Part shown: piece after piece, positions 36,593 to 48,400 of the stretch
Numbering within the stretch: position 1 is the stretch's first letter
Layout: each line of letters opens with the position of its first letter
Source: Prorocentrum cordatum
Lineage: Eukaryota
Reading direction: 5' to 3'
Assembly: GCA_963575745.1 (NCBI GenBank)
Contig: CAUYUJ010000114.1
Location: 620,001-684,000 of the forward strand
DNA: 64,000 nucleotides
Notes under the pieces: model-generated
What the model was told of the DNA's origin: nothing
The model's input: only the letters and a program-made list of their open reading frames with translations
Databases searched by the model: none
Position numbers and translations under genes: made by a program

Positions 36593-39500
36593 ATGATGCG
36601 CAGCAAGCTACAGGTTACTACTGTCAACGCCAACTCGTTTGGCACCCTGTCCAAGTACCTCGCCGAATGCAGCAGCGACGTGGTCTTAGCGCAGGAGCAC
36701 CATGCAGGTGCCGAGAAGCTCCCTGAGGTACAAGGAGACGCCCAGGACTCGGGCTGGAAAGGAGTGTGGTGCCCCGCGCTGGCCACAGCGGCTGGCGGCA
36801 CGGAGGGAGGCGTCGCTGTCTTGGCCAAGACGGACATCGTCGTCACCAAGGCGCCACTGCTGGAGGACGGCGTCATAGTGCCTGGCAGGGCCATGGCAGC
36901 CCACGTGCATGCTGCGCTTCCTGGCGGCTTCGTCGCCGCGGCGCTGTATATACACAGGCGAGGGCAGGTCGCCTCGCAACTTGGCCATTGTCTGGCAGGT
37001 CGCGCAGTATGTGAAGCGTGTCGTCACAGGGCCTGGCCTGGCATGGATCGTAGGCGGCGACTTCAACATGGCCCCGCAGGAGTTGCTAGAGCATGACTGG
37101 CTCCACCTCGCCGATGCCATGTGCGTGGCCCCGCGAGAGCCCACCTGCCTGCAAGCCGTGCCAGCTACCACCCTGGACTACTTCCTCGCCCACCGCCCGA
37201 TGCTCCAGGGGGCTAAGTACACCGTCGACGTTTCGGTCACCGACATAACATGGCCACATAGGCCTGTGCACCTCACGCTGGCCAAGCGCACCGAGGCGCC
37301 GATGGCGCGCGAGCTAGATGAGCCGCGGCCGTTCCCTCGGCAGCTGCCCGTGGGATGCGCGCGGTATCCCTGGCATGGCTGGGAAGAAGTGTATCTCTCC
37401 ATTGATAAAGCGCAGTCTCTTCCTCAGCTGGCAGTGGCATGGGACCTGGTCCTCCGGGGCGTGGAGGAAGAGCTGGCTGGCAGACGCGACATTGTCGGCA
37501 CGCGCAAGCAATGCTATGTGGGGCGCGAAGGCCCCGTGCAGCAGCGCACCCGTCAGCTGGAGTGGCGACCTCCTCGGAGACGAGCACGACATGGGCCAGA
37601 AGTAAGCGCGTGGAATGTTGCGGCCAGGTGGGCCCGGCACATCCTCGGGGTGCACGATTACGTGACGAAGACGGTTGCGAAGCTCACCCTGCACCAGGAC
37701 GGCTCCGACACGGGTTTGGGCCAGGTGGGCCCTGCACCAGGGCGCGGGCGCGCGGTGCACCCAGGAGGGGAAGCGCCGCCCGAGGCCAGGTCGACCCTGA
37801 CCGTGCAGCCAGCTGCCTGTGAGGCCCACCGCGGTGGGGTGGCCGATGCCCTCACGCATGAGGGAGCTGAAGGCGGCCTGGTGAGGCGATGCGACGCTCG
37901 CCCCGTCGCCCTCCCTGTAAGCCCGAGCGAGGCCCACCGCGGTGGGGTGGCCGATGCCCTCGCACATGTACGTGCCCCTGGCGGCCAGGTGAGGTGCTGC
38001 GACGCTCGCCCCGTCGCCCTCCCTGTAAGACCGAGCGAGGCCCTCTGCGGAGGGGTGGCCGATGCCCTCGCACACGTACCTCCTCTTGGCGGCGTGGTGA
38101 GGTGCCGCGTCGCTCGCCCCGACGCCCTCCCTGTAAGTCCGAGCGAGGCCCACAGCGGTGGGGTGGCCGATGCCCTCGCACAAGACCTTCCCCCTGGCGG
38201 CCTGGTGAGGTGCTGCGTCGCTCGCCCCGACGCCCTCCCTGTGAGCCCGAGCGAGGCCCACCGCGGTGGGCTGGCCGATGCCCTCGCTCATGGAGCTGCT
38301 GAAGGCGGCCTGGAGAGGTGCCGCGATGCTCGCCCCATCGCCCTCCCCGCATGCCCGAGCGGGGCCCGCGAGCATGGGGTGGCCGAGGCCCTCGCGCATG
38401 GAGCGGCAGGCGGCCGCGCTGAGAGGGGCCGCGATGCTCGCCCTGACGCCCTCCCTGTATGGCCATTGCAAGAAGTCTATCAAGCGACTTCTTCGCGGGA
38501 TCCTCGCTGCGCCCCGCGTCCTGCGGCTGGAGGCGGTCTCCATAACATGGATGGCGAGGCCGACCCGTTTGAGGATCTCGACCGGATGCTGGATGACCAG
38601 GACCAGGACAGGTACGTGGTGCCCGCTTGGTCGACAACGTCACTGGACGTGGCGGAAAACATATGCGCCCAGGTGCCTGGAACCAGCATGGACGGAGAAT
38701 GTGCCCCGTCAGATGGGCCCACCCATGATCTGAACGACAGTGGCGCACCTGAGCCCCAGCCTGCACCTGCAGCTAGTGGAGAGGACCCCGATCAGGTTGC
38801 GGCCCAGCGCAGGCAGGAGATCATTCGACGTGAGCTTCAACGGTACACGCGGCACTGGATTGGCGACCCTCGGAGCGAGCAGCAGACGGAGCAGGAGGTC
38901 ACGGAGGACTGGATGGAGTGGTGCGTGCCCTACGCCGCGGAGCAGCTGCAGGACCCCGCTGTTGACCCTCTCTGGGACGGAGGAGGATGGGAGGAGGCTC
39001 TGCCTCGCGATGCGCGCCGTTGGCAACGCGCTCGAGAGATGTGCGAGGCGGCTCATCGTGCTGGAGCTCGCAGCCGCGACCGTTATCGTGCCCACCTTCG
39101 GCGGCTACGCGACCAGTCGGAGGTGGACTGGACAGAGGCCGTGGACATGCACCTTCGCGCCTTCGAGCAGCACCGAGGGTGGATGGCCCGACGCTCAGGC
39201 GCTCGGGCGAGCAGAGCCCCCCCGTCTCGACCCCTTGGCGCTGCCAGAGGCATGGTGTTAGAAGGGGTGCAGCACTACAAGCGTGTCAAAGGCCTGGCCA
39301 CCGCCCTGCTGGAGTTCGAGGGCTTCTGTGCACGAGTTGGCAAGCAAACGCACATACTGGAGCAGCTTGATCGCGGCGCCCGAGAGCTCTTACAAACGGG
39401 CGCCGTGATGCTTAGGGCTAGCTCGCTGAAGGTCCAAGCACAGGTCATCATCGCCAAGGCCAAGCAGCTCTCCACGGACGCGGAGAACAAGTGCACCAAG

Positions 39501-42500
39501 GCCTGGACTGACTGGGCGAAGGACGCCTTTGTTGGGGGCGCAGGTTTGGCTCACCGTTTCGCCAAGCCCAAGCAGGAAGTGGAGATCCCCAGAGAGAACA
39601 AGAGCGGCCACCCAAGCGACCTGGCAGACACCGAGCTCCAGGACTGGAAGGCCATATGGGAGTACCACAAGCTCGGGGAGGTCCCGCTGCCTGCAGAAGC
39701 CCAGTCCTGGCCTGAGCTGCCACACCTATCGACATGGGACCTCAGGCAGGCCATCCGAACGTTTAAGCTGGGTACAGCAGTCGGCCAGACAGGGTTCCAG
39801 CCGAGGCACCTCGACGCTCTCTCGGACCAAGCGCTGCTGGCCCTGTCTCTCCTGTTCCACGCCTGCGAGCACCACCTTGGCTGGCCGCCGCAGCGCCTCG
39901 CCACGGCGCTGGTCCGCCTCCCGAAGGCGGGAGGAGGCATGAGACTGATCGGCTTGCTAAACACGATCGTGCGCCTCTGGAGCCGTGCCCGCCGCCCGCT
40001 GGCTGCCCAGTGGGAGGCCACCCACCGAGAGGAGCATGCCTGGGGGCTCGGACCAGGGAGGAGTTCGTCAGCCTCGGCCTTCTCGCACAACATCACTTCA
40101 GAGATCGCTCTCGCTCGGAAGCTGGACGTCATCACGCTGATGGTGGATCTTCTCAAATGCTTTGAGATGGTGGCGCCCGAAGTTTTGGTTCGAGAGGCGA
40201 CGGAGGTCAACTTCCCGCCCAGGCTGGTATGGCTTCTCATCCAGCTCTATCGGCAGCCACGCGTCGTTCGAGCACACGGCAGCAACAGCGATTTCTTCAT
40301 CTCCTTCCAAGGCATCGTGGCAGGATGCTCTCAGGCGACGACACTACTGGCTGTACTCATGCACAGGTCCATGCTGAGAATGAGCGCGCTGTGCCCGTCG
40401 CTCAAGCCTAGGCAGTTGGTTGATGACGTCTCCCTCCAGTGGACTGGGCATGCCAAGCACTGCGCGAACGAGCTGGGCGAGGGCATCGACCAGCTCAAGT
40501 TCGAGCTCCAGGGCCTCCAGCTGCCCATTCAGATCAAGAAGCTTGGCTACGTCGCCTCTTCCAGCCGTGGCAGCAGGGCCTTCCGCTCGGCGGCGCGAGC
40601 CAGGCAGGTCGTGGGCTTGCCGTGGATTCGGAACCTTGGCCATGAGCTAGCAGGCCCCAAAGTGCGACGGCAACAAGAGGCAGCACGACTACAGCAGCTT
40701 CGAGGACGGGTGCGACGCACTCTCATACTCAAGAAAGCGGTGGGGGCCAGCCGTATCACGCGGATCCAGGCCGCTGGGATCACGCCGTCCGTCACACATG
40801 GGGCCTCGGTCAGCGGGGTCTCAGACGCGGTGCTCAAGCCGATCCGCTCGATCGCTGCGCTGCTGGCAGGAGTGCGCCCGACGGGGGGCATATGCATGGG
40901 CATGCTCATGCAGGACCAGCCCCACTACGATCCACTGTATGCGGCGACCGCTAACACCGTCTTCATGTACGCGAGCATGTTGTGGGAAGGTCGACTGCCC
41001 TCGGAGACGCTTGGGAGTTTGTCAACGGGCAGATGAGCGCTCAGCCTAGTTGGAGCCGTGTACGTGGCCCACTCCGCGCGCTGTGGGTCACCTTGCATCG
41101 GATCGGCTGGCGGTTTGCCTCAGCGACCACCTTCGAGTCCGACCTTGGCACCGTCCTCGACCTGAACCAGATGGCGCCCAGAGACGTGCGTGACCAGGTC
41201 GTCCAGGGGTCGCGCGCTGGCTGTTGGCGCGCGCCGAGAGCCACATCGAGACACACAATGGCGAGCAGTTCTGGTACCGCGGCATCAGGAGGTGCGTGGA
41301 GAAAGCAGTTCGGGACCCTTCCGAACGCGGCTCGTTGCAGTGTGTCTGGATTGACGCGATGTGGCCACGGCAGAAAAAGTACGAGAAGCGTTTGGTTGAC
41401 TGTGGTAAGTGCCTGGCATGTGGTGCTGAGCGTGAGACAAACGGCCATCGTCTGTACAAATGCCCCGCTCTCCTGGACCCCGCCCTTCACGAGACGGCCC
41501 CGTCGGAAGCGATTCTCAAAACCCGTGAGCGTCTAGATCGCCTGGCTTGGGAGTCGGCCCAGGACGATCCGCATGAGTCTGTGCAGTTTGCGTACGCTAT
41601 CCCGTTACAGCCCCCTGCCTCCGCGAGGCCTCCCTTGTGTCCCGATGTCGTGCACCATTGGGGAGAGGCCGAAATTCCGTGGGGCGGTAGGCTGTATATC
41701 GATGGTGGCGGTTTCGGCATGGATACTCCAGAGATCGCTCGTTGCTCCTGGGCCGTTGTACAGTTGCGAGACGACGGCTGGCCCTGTAAGGCGATTTTCG
41801 GTTCTCTCCCAGGAGCGCAGACAGTGGCGAGGGCTGAAAGATATGCGGGACTCGTCGCCACCTGCCTCTCCCCACAGGTGTCGTGTTTGATTTCTGATCA
41901 TTTAAGTTTTGTGGAGGAAGGGCAACGGTGGAGCCCTAGGGACGCGTCCGCGACGGCTCGCCACGCTGCACTTTGGAGAGCGCTACGGGCCACTGTTGCC
42001 CGCCAAGACAGGAGGCCGCCCTCGTTCGGATGGATTCCCTCGCATAAATCCCTGGCCCAGGCTATTGAGCTCAACCTTGACCTCCAGGACTGGCTTGGGA
42101 ACAGTTGGGCTGACCTGTTTGCCAGTGTCGCCCTGGACTTAGCCAGCCCAGCTAAGAGCCTGGTCCGTAACATCAAGATTCGTATGGAGGAGGCCTGTCT
42201 GAATGCTAAATTCGTTGCCTGGGCGGCTGCTCGTGTGGCGGGTTCGGGGGTTTGGGATCCCGCGGATGCCGACCCGAGGCCTCCTCCGCCCGTCACGGCG
42301 CCCAGGTCGCTTTCGTTTGTGGCACACGAGTTTGCGGAGCTCCCTGGAGGGGGTATCCGTTGCCTGGCCTGCAACCGTGTGGCACGCACGGCGGAGACCA
42401 GGCGGTGCCTAGAATCTTACCCATGTGTGCCATCTCACCTGGCCAGGCTCCGTGCCCAGGCGGCCATTCAGGCCGAGGGGGTCAGCCCCGCCCCTCCTCG

Positions 42501-43434
42501 CCCCTCCCCCGCGGTTGCCCTTGCCTTGGCCGCTGCTGCCGCCGCCGCCGCCGCGTCGACCCCGTTGGAGAGAGGTGTGCCTGACCCTGGCAGGAGTGGC
42601 AGCCGCTCGCCGAGACGGCAAGGTGACGGCCCCTCCTCCTCGGCGGTTCCGCTCAGGTCACGCAGCAGGCTCGAAGGCGCGCAGTCGGCCCATGCGTTTT
42701 TCGGGCTGGATCTTTCCGCTCGCGCTTGCGCCCCGACTGAGCCCTCGACCCCAACTGGAGTCACGAGGGCCTCGGCCGTTGAGGCCACCCCCTCCGAGCG
42801 CCCCGAGCACGGCCCTTCCGACGAGGATCGTCGGGCTCGGATTGCAGCCCGTCTCCTTAGTGCTGCTAGGGGCGCACTTGCTGCCGCAGCCTCTGCCCAC
42901 TTGTCCTCCACCCCTGAGTCCCTCTCGGGAGGTTTGCTGGAGGCCCCCCTGGAGGACCAGGTGGAAGGAGAAGGCAGGGAGGGCGAGCCGACGTGCGAGG
43001 GGGCGGCTGGGAGGGCGGGGGACCGAGCGATGCGAACGCGGGCGACCAGCCCCACTCCGCCAACGGCGGAGCCAGCGACGCCCCCGCCACTGACGGCTGC
43101 CCCTGCTGCGCCGCGGGCCCCGCGGGTGCGGGGCCAGGCAGCCCGCAGCCGCGCCGCCGCTGCCGCGGCCGCCGAGGAGGAAGGCGGGGGTACGGGCGGC
43201 GGGGCGGGGGTCTCTCACGAGCGGGGACACGAGATCGTCTCCGCCCCGCCTTTCACCTTTTGTCGCAAATGCGGGTATCTCTCGGGCAAGCAGCAGGCGC
43301 GCGGCCTGCTGGTCGAGTGCACGGGGCCCCTGCCTGCGCCAAGTCAGCGCACCTCCCCCGCCCTCCGCGAGAGGGCTCGCCGTCGGGATAGGCTCCTCCA
43401 CGGCCTAAATCCTTACACGGGCGAAGCCCTGTAA
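36593..43434 (+). CDS. LINE ORF2 polyprotein with three apparent frameshifts (~36950, ~41000, ~41210)
   Basis: APE: TVNANS, LAQEHH, GGVAVL, GGDFN, LDYF, PHRPV. RT: LPKAGGGMRLIGLL, DLLKCFE, QGIVAGCS, LVDD. RNase H: YIDGG, RAERYA, LISDH, WIPSH, GNSWAD. C-terminal H..CxxC motifs. Confidence 0.88.
37821..38460 (+). repeat. In-frame 108-bp (36-aa) tandem repeat, ~6 copies, inside ORF2
   Basis: Units start at 37821, 37929, 38037, 38145, 38253 and ~38361; EAHRGGVADALxH...RCxxARPxALPVSPS. Confidence 0.92.
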
Positions 43435-44244
43435 GTTCCTGTCGAGGTGAGAGTGTCTTCTCGTCCTCGGCCCTGGCCTCCGCGGGGTCGGAGGCGCCTT
43501 GTTTTCGGTGATCTGGGGATTGCCTGCTTTCGGTTTCTGGTCAGGCCCAGAGGCTCCTAAGCGGCCCATGTGGGCCCGTTGGCACAGGCCACGGTCAGTT
43601 GCTCTGATGTTGCTGGACGTGCGCTCTTGATGGCCCGACACACACACACACACACTTATTTTTCTGATCAGCACGGATTCCTGGGATCGGCGTTTGACCT
43701 CCCCAGCGGCCCCGCCGGCGCCGCCCCCGGCGCCCTCCGCGCGCCAGCGTCGATCCCAGAAGCCCGCGCTGACCTCCCGAAGCTTGACCTCGAAGCGTTT
43801 CGTTGCTGCCTGTGCCCATGCCTCCCCCCATCCATCCCTCCCCCATCCCTCCCCCTCCCCCCCTTCTCCCTCTCCTCCTCCTTCTCCTCCTTCTCCTCCG
43901 CCGCCGCCTCCTCCTCCTCCTCCTCCTCCTCCTCCTCCTCCTCCTCCTCCTGCGCCGGTTCCGCCTCCGCCTCCTCCTCCTCCTCCTCCTCCTCCTCCTC
44001 CTCCTCCTCCTCCTCTCCTCCCTCCTCCTCCTCCTCCTCCTCCTCCTCCTCCTCCTCCTCCTCCTCCCTCCTCCTCCTCCTCCCCCCCCCCCTCTCCTTG
44101 GGCCTTCTCTTCGGCGCGCTCTCGTCGGCCGCGGGGCTCTTCCTCGGTGGGCCGCCCTCTCTTTTTTCCTGCGCGGCCCCGCTCTTCCAAGCAGCGCGGG
44201 GTCGGCGATGCAAAGGTGGGGCCCCGAGAGGTGGGGCCCTGAGG

Positions 44245-44376
44245 CTTGGCATCGCTCGGACGTGTGCATGTTTTTCTCGGCGAGGACCTTCGAGGAGCAC
44301 CCTCGATCATGTGGCGACAAAAAACCACGCACGAAACCGAAAAAAAACAGGGAATGGACGTCCGAGTGATGGCCAG
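44245..44376. mobile_element. MITE family E, copy 2, 4-bp TSD GAGG
   Basis: TIRs with GAGG on both sides. Confidence 0.85.
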
Positions 44377-45075
44377 GAGGATCTCGAGGACACAGACACT
44401 GCAGGCGTCTCTTGCGGCATTCCGCCTCCCAGGAGCGCCCTCCCGTCGCGGCGCCGCCCCTGGTCTGGCCACGCGCGCACAGGCCGTTCGGGCCCCCTCA
44501 CTCTGACCCAGGCCGATGTTCCCGCGGGGCCCCACCTCTGAGGCGCCGAAGGGGGCGGGGGATACCCGCAGGCGGTCCCCAGCCCGACGCCAGATCGACC
44601 TACTCCGGTGACGCGCGGGTTCCCCCCTCGTGGAGCTCCGCCTCTCCTCTCTTGGCCCGGGGCCCCCCCTGCAGAGTGAGGCCCCCGAGCTCTCCGCGCC
44701 GCCGCGCCGCACGTCCGCCCCCCGCCTCTCCTCGCACCTTTCTCGCTCCTCCCCACTCCTGCCCCTCTGCGTCAGCAGGGCAGGAAGGTGCGAGCCCGAC
44801 TTGTCTGGCGGATGCTCTGGGGGGGGGGCTGTGCTCAGGGGAGGCTGCAGCACCGTTCAAAGGTGCGCTTTCGACCAAACCTGCAGGGTTGGTAAAACAG
44901 GGCTAGGATCGGGATAAATCGCTCCAGAGCGTTCCGGTGCGCTCTCAGAGCGTTCCGGAACGCTCTGGAGCGGCCGCGGCGCCCAATACATCCTCCAAAC
45001 CCGCCGATTCTCAGAGATTTCGAGTTATCCCGATCCGATTTTGTCCCGATCCTCGCGTCGTTTTAGTTGGCCCTT

Positions 45076-45165
45076 TGCTGATATGGATGGATGGCATGTT
45101 CTTAAGCCCCAAGTGGCTACAGTACTTCAACTCACAATCGCGTGCATGTTGCATGGATGTCCGCA
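45076..45165 (-). repeat. 3' LTR (90 bp), with adjacent PPT GAGGAGGCG at 45166-45174
   Basis: Identical by eye to 50578-50667. Confidence 0.95.
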
Positions 45166-45436
45166 CGCCTCCTCAGCGCGGCACCCTCGAGGGTGCAAGC
45201 TGGCCTTAGCAACTTGCACTCGTCCGTAGCTCGAACTCGTGGCTCCAGCGCATCATCGGGTGATCAGTCCGATCGACGCTGAAGCGAAAAGTGTGCTCTG
45301 GATACGCTCCGCCAGAGCACATTAAAACCAAACGCGTTGTACCGGTCTTTGCCTCTGTTGCTGCCTGCAGCTGTCACTAAAGCGGGCTGTGGCCTACAGC
45401 CTCGCGCCAGCTACCTTCGTCGCCTGCGGGACCCTC

Positions 45437-48400
45437 TCAACCCCACGACACTTCTGGCAGGGGTACGAACCGAGGCTGAGAACGATGCCTCGCATACGTG
45501 CAAGGGCCTTGACTGCCCTTGTCCTCGCAGCGCTTGGGTGCTGGCTCCACCTGCACGCCTGTGTCTCGAAGGCATACGGTCACCTCACGGCGCTCCTCAC
45601 GGCGCTCCTTCAGCACGTGCCTCTCGATGAGCACGCCCGTCACAATCCCAATGAGGGTCGGGATGACCATCATGAACGCGGTGAACTGCATGCCACCGCC
45701 CTGTGACTCGCTCCCGCCTGCCGAGCAGGTGGGCTCCACGACCGTCCCGTCGGCGGTCTGCGCCGCTGCGAACAGCAGCAGCGTCGCCAATACCTGGCTG
45801 GCCTCGTCCGTCCCGAAGCCAGCGACCTTCCTGCTCACGATCCCGAGGTTCCTCATGCAGGTCTGCAGCGCCTCCTGCTCCAGCGGCTTCGTGCCTGCAT
45901 CACTCGGGTTCTTCTTGCCGTCCACTCTCTCAACCTCGAACTGCTTCTCCCTCAGCGCCTGCTGGTGCCAAAGGTACCTGGTCTGTAGATGCCGTACACG
46001 CCCGCAGCCCACTCTGTGGATCATCCCACGGGCCGCGTCTGAGTCCGTGCGAATGATCAGCCTCACGTCTGCTGGAACACCAGCTCCAAGCTCAGCGATC
46101 TCGAGCATCACCTGCTTGACCGTGATGCCGCGCGCTGCCGCTGAGCCGATGGCGTAGAACTCCGACTCTGCGCTGCTGAGTGCAACAGCGCCCTGCGTGA
46201 TGCTCCAGCTCTCGATGAGATGACCAGCGCCAGGATCTCCGACCTGGATGGTCCCCGCCGACGTGCTCTTGCATGTCTGTACGTCGCCGCTCCAGTCGCC
46301 GTCGGAGTAGACCACCACATCCGTCCACTTCTCCTGGTAGAGGAACTCGATCCCGACGTCATGCGTCCCCGCGAGGTAGCGTGCCAACCTCCTGAGTCGC
46401 ATCATGCTCAGGCGCGTCGGATGTGCCATATCCGACGCCAGCTGCTTGGTGGCGAACTGGATGTCGAAGCGGTCTGGGCCGATGTACATGCAGATGCCCG
46501 TACCCCTGCAGTAGATCGCCTTCTCGGCCCGCTTCAGCTCCTCCAGAGCATCCCTCGCGTTCTTGCCAGTCGCTCGGCTGGCAGGCGTCGGGGAAGGCTT
46601 CACGTTCTTCAGGTCCAGCAACGTGCTCAGGTTCTCGAAGTGCTTCGGGTCAGGCAGCAGCATGAACCCCTTCGCGCTCCAAAGTAGAAGCCGTCGTAGA
46701 ACCAGGCCTTGCTCTTCAGCGGCTGGACCAACTCTCGGGAGGATCTTGGCCTTGAAGCTGCCCGTGATCATTGCGTCCACCTTGTCCAGCTCGTGCGGCT
46801 CGCCCTCGGTGTAGAAGTCATCCCCGTGGAAGCCTGACAGGCAGTCCCACTCGCTGTGGTACGCCAAGCAGGGGACCGTCGACAAGATGTTCCAGCCATG
46901 CTCTCGGTACGTGTCACGCACCAGCTGCTGGAAGTCAGCGCTCGACTCACGCATCCCGTACAGCGCCTTACTCACCAGCCAGAGCCAGTCGGGGCAGTTC
47001 AGCTCCTTCGGAGGCTCGGCCCACACGGGCTCCTTCAGCTCAGCGTGGAAGAAGGCCACCGAGATGTCGTGGGCTGCGAGCTGCCTCGAGCTGCCTCTCG
47101 ACGCCAACCTCGAGATCACCAGCTTCAGCGCCCATGTCGGTGGTGTCCCCGCGTAGTGCTCTGGTGCAAAGACGCCTCCTGCGAAGTCGCGCGCGACGAT
47201 CCGCGATCGCACACAGTCTGGACCCTTCCTGGTGTGGAAGAGCTTGGTGGAGATCACCCTCTCACCAGCTGGCTTCTCGCTGCGCTTCTTCCAGACCATG
47301 ACCTCGAACTCGTCCATCTCGTCGAGCTCGCGCTTCACGCCCTGCAGCACCAGCTCCTTCGGCAGCACCTCGCCCGTGAACTGGTCGTGGAAGCTCCCCG
47401 CGAACAGCTCCCCGTCGAAGGTTGGAGGTGGGACCTCCTCCTCGCAGAGGGCTCCTAGAGTCATGGGTTCACTGACTGGGTCGGTGTCCATGGGCGCAGC
47501 GGGAACCACCTCGATCACTGGCCTCTTACTTGCTGGTTCGGCTGCTTCGGCATCTCTCTCTCTCTTCGGTGCTGCAGCTGCTGGCAGTTGTAGTCCTGGA
47601 GGTGGACTTATCTCCTGCTGCGGTGCTGGAGCTGCCTGTTGTGGTACTGGCCTCGCAGCCTCGGCGCCTGCGGCACTCACAGCTGGCTGCAGCTGGATCG
47701 CCTGCTCAGCCTGCGCCTTGAAGATCTCCTCGAACCGAGCCCTGCACGCCACCGTGTGCACGCTGGACAGCCCCAGGCAAGCTGGGCAATCTGGGCTCTC
47801 GCCGTGCTCCTGGATCAGGGCACGCGTGATGTATCTCCTCCTCGTACTCACCACCGGTGTCTCCGTCGTTGGCGCTCTCGGGTTCCAGGGCACACCGATG
47901 AACGTCCTGAACTCCTCCTGGACCCACCGCTCGCTGTCGTCACGCCTCTTGAACGTCCTGCTGAACTCGATCCCTCGCGCCGTGCCCACGATGACCTCAT
48001 CACTCTCGTCCCTCCGCCCGAGGAACACTCCCGTGGCCCAGCGAGGGTCGAGCTTCGACTGGTCCTTGCGGATCAGCTTGAAGTCCACAGTCTCGCCCAC
48101 ACACGCCAGGGGCGACGCGAACTCCTTGCCCTTGATCGTCGCCCAAGCGCTCCTGCCATCGCTCTTCGTGGCGAACCTCGTGAGGACGTAGGCCGCATGC
48201 CTGACCAGCCACGGCAGGATCACCGACTGACTCGTCACCTTGGTCTTGAACTTCTCCTCGATGACGGCTACGTACGTGCGGGTGAGTGACTCCACTCTGC
48301 GCACCACAGCCTCGATCATGCCGTTCGCCTTGCTGTCGTGCTTCGTGGACTTCTCGACTGTCGTGCGGTGATGCTCCACCCGACGTCGGCGTAGCTCGCC

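Larger units (their letters stand above)
35206..43655 (+). mobile_element. Full-length non-LTR retrotransposon: SL, 5'UTR, ORF1, ORF2 (APE-RT-RNase H-ZnF), 3'UTR, (AC)n tail
   Basis: See ORF features; CA repeats on both sides (35136-35205 and 43638-43655). Confidence 0.92.
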
